Of a stretch of DNA of 64,000 nt, positions 59,601 to 64,000 are shown piece by piece; the first letter of the stretch is position 1, and each line of letters opens with the position of its first letter. Made by a program: the position numbers and the translations under genes. Below the pieces are notes generated by a model. It did no database searches and had not been told where the DNA came from. It saw nothing but the letters and a program-made list of their open reading frames with translations. This DNA comes from the human T2T-CHM13v2.0 reference genome, Homo sapiens. The stretch lies in NCBI RefSeq assembly GCF_009914755.1, contig NC_060940.1. One strand, written 5' to 3'.

Positions 59601-59814
59601 TTCCACTCCATGATGATTTCATTCGAGTCCATTCGACACTTCCAATCGATTCCATTTGATGTTTCCATTCGAGTCCAATTGATGATTCCATTCAATTCCA
59701 TTCGATGATGATTCCGTACGATTCCATTCTGTGATGATTCCATGTGATTGCATTCAATGATGATTCCTTTCGATTGCATTCGATTATGATTCATTTTGTG
59801 TTCATTCTATGGTT
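53654..59814 (+). repeat. Unit U11, 6161 bp (U8-type plus 49-bp tandem duplication)
   Basis: Landmarks 53654 and 59815; duplication at 58200-58297. Confidence 0.9.
58200..58297 (+). repeat. Recent 49-bp tandem duplication (2 copies, 1 mismatch)
   Basis: TTCGATTCTATTCGATGATGATTCCATT(G/A)GATTTCACTTGATGATTCTA occurs twice here and once in the other units. Confidence 0.9.
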
Positions 59815-62800
59815 CCACAGGTTTCCATTCGATGACGTTTCCGTTCGTGTCCATTCCATTATTCCATTCTATTTCATTTGATGATGATTCCATTCGATTC
59901 CATTCATTGGTGATTCCACTCAATTCCATTCAATGATTCCATTCCATTTGTTTCAACAATGATTCCCTTAGTTTCTATTCGATGATCCACTTGATTCCAT
60001 TTGGCGATGATTCCATTCGTGTCCATTCGATGATTCCATTTGATTCCATATGATGATGATTCCATTCGATTCCATACCATGATGATTCCATTCGAGTCCA
60101 TTCAATGGTGATTCCATTCAATTCCATTCGATGATTCCTTCCGATTCCATTCGATGATGATGGCATTCGATTCCTTTCAATCATTCCCTTTGATTCCATT
60201 CAAAGGTGATTTCATTCAAGTCCATTCGATAATTGCATTCGATTCCATTCTATGATGATTCCATTCGAGTCCATTTGATGATTCCATTCAATTCAAGTCA
60301 ATGATGATTCCATTCGATTCCACTCGATGATTCCATTGGATTCCATTCGATGATGATTCCATTCAAATCCATTCGATAATTCAATTCAAGTCCATTCGAT
60401 GATGATTCCAATCGAATCCATTCAAAGATTCCATTCAATTCCATTCGATGATGATTCCCTTAGATTCCATTCGATGATTCCACTTGATTCCATTTACGAT
60501 GATTCCATTCGATTCCATGTGATGAATCCATTCAATTCTATTCAATGATGTTTCCATTTGATTCCATTGGACCATGATTGCCTTTGATTCCATTCAATGA
60601 TTCCATTCGGTTCCATTTGATGATGATTCCGTTCGATTCCATTTCATTATTCCATTTGATTCCATTGGATGAGTCCGTTCGAATACATTCGATGATTATT
60701 CCATTCGAGTGCATTAGATGATTGCATTCGAGTCCATTCGATGATTCCATTCGATTCCATTCGATGTTGATTCTGTTCAAATCCATTCGATGATTCCACT
60801 CGATTCCATTCGATGACTCCATTTGATCCCATTCGATGATTTCCTGTGATTCCCTTTGATGATCATTCTATTTGATTCAATTCGGTGATTTCATTTCATT
60901 CCATTCAGTGATGTTTCCATTCGACTGTATTCGATGATGATTCCATTCGACTCCATTCGATTATGATTTCATTCAATTCCATTCAATAATGATTCCCTTC
61001 GAGTCCATTCGATGATTCCATTCGATTCCATTCAACGATGATTTGATTCGTTTCCATTCGATGATTCCATTTGATTCCACTTGATGATGATTCCATTCGA
61101 GTCCATTTGATGATTCCATTCGAGTCTATTTATGTATTATATTCGTGTCCACTTCATGATTCCATTCAATTCCATTTAATGTTGATTCCATTTGATTCCA
61201 TTTGATGATTCAGTTCGATTCCTTGCAATGATTCCCTACGATTCCTTTCTCTGATGATTCCATTCGATTCCATTCATTGATGATTTCATTCGACTCCATT
61301 CGATGATGATTCCTTTCGATTCCATTTGACGATGTTTCCATTCGAGTCCATTCGATGATGATTCTATTCAATTCTGTTCTATTATGATTCCATTCGATTT
61401 CATTCAATGCTTCTATTTGATTCCATTCGATGATGATTCCATCTCTTTCCCTTCGATGATTCCATTTGATTCCATTCAGTGATGATTCCATTTGATTCCA
61501 TCTGATGATGATTTCACTTGATTCCTTTCAATGATGATTCAATTCAAGTCCATTCGATGATTCCATTGGAGTCCAAACGATCATTCCGTTCGATTCCATT
61601 CAATGGTGATTCCATTCATGTCCATTCGATGAATCCATTCAATTCCATTCGATGATGACTCCATTCGAGTACATTCGATGATTCCATTTGATTCCATTTG
61701 AAGATGATTCCATTCAATTCCATTCGATGATGATTCCGTATGAATCCATTCTCTGATTATTCCATTCGATTCCATTCATTGACGATTCCATTCAATTCCA
61801 TTCAATGATGATTCTCTTCTATTCCATTCGATGATTCCGGTCGATTCCATTCGATGATGATTCCATTAGATTCCATTCGATTGTTGCATTCGATTCCCTT
61901 CGATGATGATTCCTTTGAATTCCATTCGATTATCATTCCGTATGAATCCATTTGATGATTATTCCATTGGATTCCTTTCGATGATGATTCCATTCGATTC
62001 CATTTGATGATGTTTCTCTTGTATTCCATTGGATAATTCCTTTCAGTTCCCTTCGATGATTATTCTTTCGAGTCAATTCGATGATTCTATTCCATTCCCT
62101 TCGATGATGATTCCATTTCACTCCATTTGATGATTCCATTCGACTCAATTTGGGGATGATTCAATTCGATGACATTCGATGACTCCATTCAATTTCATTT
62201 GATGATGATTACATTCGAGTCCATTTGATGATTGTATTCCTTTCCTTTTGATGATTATTCCATGCGTGTCTATTCAAAGGTTCCATTCTATTCCATTCAA
62301 TGATGATTGCATTTGATTCCATTCAATGATTATGGCTATCGATTCCACTCGTTGATTCCATTTGATTCCGTTCGATGATTATTCCGTTAGATTCCATTAG
62401 AAGATTCCATTCGATTTTATTCAATGATTCCAATGGATTCCATTCAATGATGATTCCATTCGACTCCATTCAGTGATTCCATTCGAGTCCATTTGATGAT
62501 TCCATTCTTTTCCATTTGATGATGATTCCATTAGGGTCCATTCAATGATTCCATTCGAGTCCATTCGTTAATGCCTTTCGAGTCCTTTTGATCACTACAT
62601 TCGAGTCCATTCAATGATTCTATTCGATTCCATTCCATGATGATTCCATTCGAGTTCATTCGATGATTGCATTCGAGTCCATTTGATGATTCCATATGAT
62701 TCCATTCGACAATGATTCCATTCGTGTCCATTTGATGATTCCATTCATTTCCTATCGATGAAGATTCCATTCAAGTGTATTCGATGATTCCATTCAAATC

Positions 62801-63915
62801 CATTCGATGATGATTCCATTCCAGTCCATTCGATCATTCCACTTGATTCCATTTGATGACTATTCCATTCAAATCCATTTGATGATTCCATTCGATTCCA
62901 TTCGATGTTACCATTCGAGTATATACGATGATTCCACTCGATTCCATTTGATGATTATTCCATTGGAGTCCACTTAGTGAATCCTTTAGATTCTACTGGA
63001 AGATGATTCCATTCGAGTCCATTCGATGATACCATTCAATTCCATTCGTTGATGCTTCCATTCAAGTGCATTCGATGATATCATTCGATTCCATTTGATG
63101 ATAATTCCATTTGATTCCATGCGATGATTCTATTCGATTCCATTCAATGATAATTCCATTCAATTCAGTGATTCCTCTGGACTCCATTTGATGATGATTC
63201 CATTCAATGATTCCATTCGATTCTATTCGAAAATGATTCCATTTGAATCCATTTGATGATGATTCCATTGGATTCCATTTGATGATTCCATTCGATTCCA
63301 TTCGATGATGATTCCATTCGATTCCTTTTGATGAATCCATTCTATTGTATTCGATGATGATTCCATTCGATTCCATTCGATGATGATTGGATTCGATTCC
63401 ATTTGATGATTTCATTTGATTCCATTCGATAAGGATTTCGATCAACTCCATTCAATGATTCCATTCGATTCCATTCGATAATGATTACATCTGAGCACAT
63501 TCGATGATTCCATTTGAGCCCGTTCGATAATTCCATTTGAGTCCAATCAATGATTCCATTCATTTTCATTCAATGATTCCATTCGAGTCCATTTGATCAT
63601 TCCGGTAGGGTCCGTTCGATGTTGATTCCATTGGAGTGCATTCGATGATTCCATTCGAGTCCATTTTAGGATTTGATTCGAGTCCTTTCGATGATTCCAT
63701 TCGATTCCACTCGATGATTTCATTCGAGTCCATTCGACACTTCCAATCGATTCCATTTGATGTTTCCATTCGATTCCAATTGATGATTCCATTCAATTCC
63801 ATTCGATGATGATTCCGTACGATTCCATTCTGTGATGATTCCATGTGATTGCATTCAATGATGATTCCTTTCGATTGCATTCGATTATGATTCATTTCGT
63901 GTTCATTCTATGGTT
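59815..63915 (+). repeat. Unit U12, 4101 bp (U6-type with one copy of a 26-mer that is doubled in U6/U9)
   Basis: Landmarks 59815 and 63916; non-canonical segment at 61122-62926. The following bases (63916-64000) begin a U7-type unit with TTTGAAGATG. Confidence 0.9.
61122..62926 (+). repeat. Non-canonical HSat2 segment, copy 3 (~1805 bp)
   Basis: Same junctions, offset +16131 from copy 2; 26 bp shorter near 61700. Confidence 0.85.
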
Positions 63916-64000
63916 CCACAGGTTTCCATTCGATGATGTTTCCATTCGTGTCCATTCCATTATTCCTTTCTATTCCATTTGAAGATGATTCCATTCGATT

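Larger units (their letters stand above)
43684..59814 (+). repeat. ~16.1-kb super-repeat copy B (U9+U10+U11, 16131 bp)
   Basis: Same 4.1/5.86/6.1-kb order as copy A with identical deletion junctions. Confidence 0.88.
1..64000 (+). repeat. Human satellite II (HSat2) pericentromeric tandem array, probably HSat2B-type with ~6.1-kb unit (chr16q11.2-like); CATTC strand on +
   Basis: The entire window is diverged (CATTC)n with the HSat2-diagnostic CATTCGATTC / CATTCGAGTC / GATGATGATT arrangement in 23- and 26-bp units, with few pure (CATTC)n runs (unlike HSat3). A 6112-bp period was measured between landmarks. Chromosome and subfamily are inferred from the known ~6.1-kb HSat2 period. Confidence 0.97.
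59815..64000 (+). repeat. ~16.1-kb super-repeat copy C (partial, truncated by window end)
   Basis: U12 followed by the start of a U7/U10-type unit. Confidence 0.8.

Noticed and set aside
174-63895. Over a hundred minus-strand ORFs of 60-164 aa (MESSNGIEWNHRMDSNGII-like)
   Set aside because: These are translations of the GAATG/ATC repeat. The minus strand is ATG-rich and stop-poor, while the plus strand is full of TGA. The ORFs overlap in several frames, recur with each unit, are freely broken by indels, and show no domain or gene structure.
1-64000. CRISPR-like repeat/spacer array
   Set aside because: There are no constant repeats with unique spacers and no cas genes; the sequence is a continuous degenerate satellite.
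1-64000. Alpha satellite/CENP-B boxes, HSat3, telomeric repeats, strand inversions
   Set aside because: I saw no 171-bp monomers or TTAGGG arrays. Pure CATTC runs are at most about three copies, and no GAATG-oriented block was seen on the + strand.
27589-64000. 16-kb repeat as an assembly artefact
   Set aside because: The copies differ by private indels (13, 26, 49 bp) and many SNPs, which is unlike a falsely duplicated contig. Read-level confirmation is still not possible here.

Overview
The whole 64 kb window is one uninterrupted, single-orientation array of human/great-ape satellite II-type DNA (HSat2). It consists of diverged CATTC-derived 23/26-bp units such as GATGATTCCATTCGATTCCATTC and GATGATGATTCCATTCGAGTCCATTC. 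I see no genes, transposons, CRISPR arrays or inversions, and the ORF track is an artefact of the GAATG-rich minus strand. A once-per-unit landmark (CCACAGG, at 651, 5001, 9302, 15388, 21500, 27589, 31716, 37572, 43684, 47798, 53654, 59815, 63916) gives unit lengths of 4350, 4301, 6086, 6112, 6089, 4127, 5856, 6112, 4114, 5856, 6161 and 4101 bp. The ~6.1-kb base unit matches the known HSat2B array of chr16q11.2; that assignment is an inference, not a search result. The left part holds two units with a shared 1762-bp deletion followed by near-canonical 6.1-kb units. From ~27.6 kb the array switches to a ~16.1-kb third-order repeat (4.1 + 5.86 + 6.1 kb). Its 4.1-kb member carries a ~1.8-kb HSat2 segment that is absent from the canonical unit. 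Every length difference could be traced to specific indels, and diagnostic SNPs show mosaic, recombination-like histories. I found no novel protein- or RNA-coding system; the interest lies in repeat architecture and turnover.
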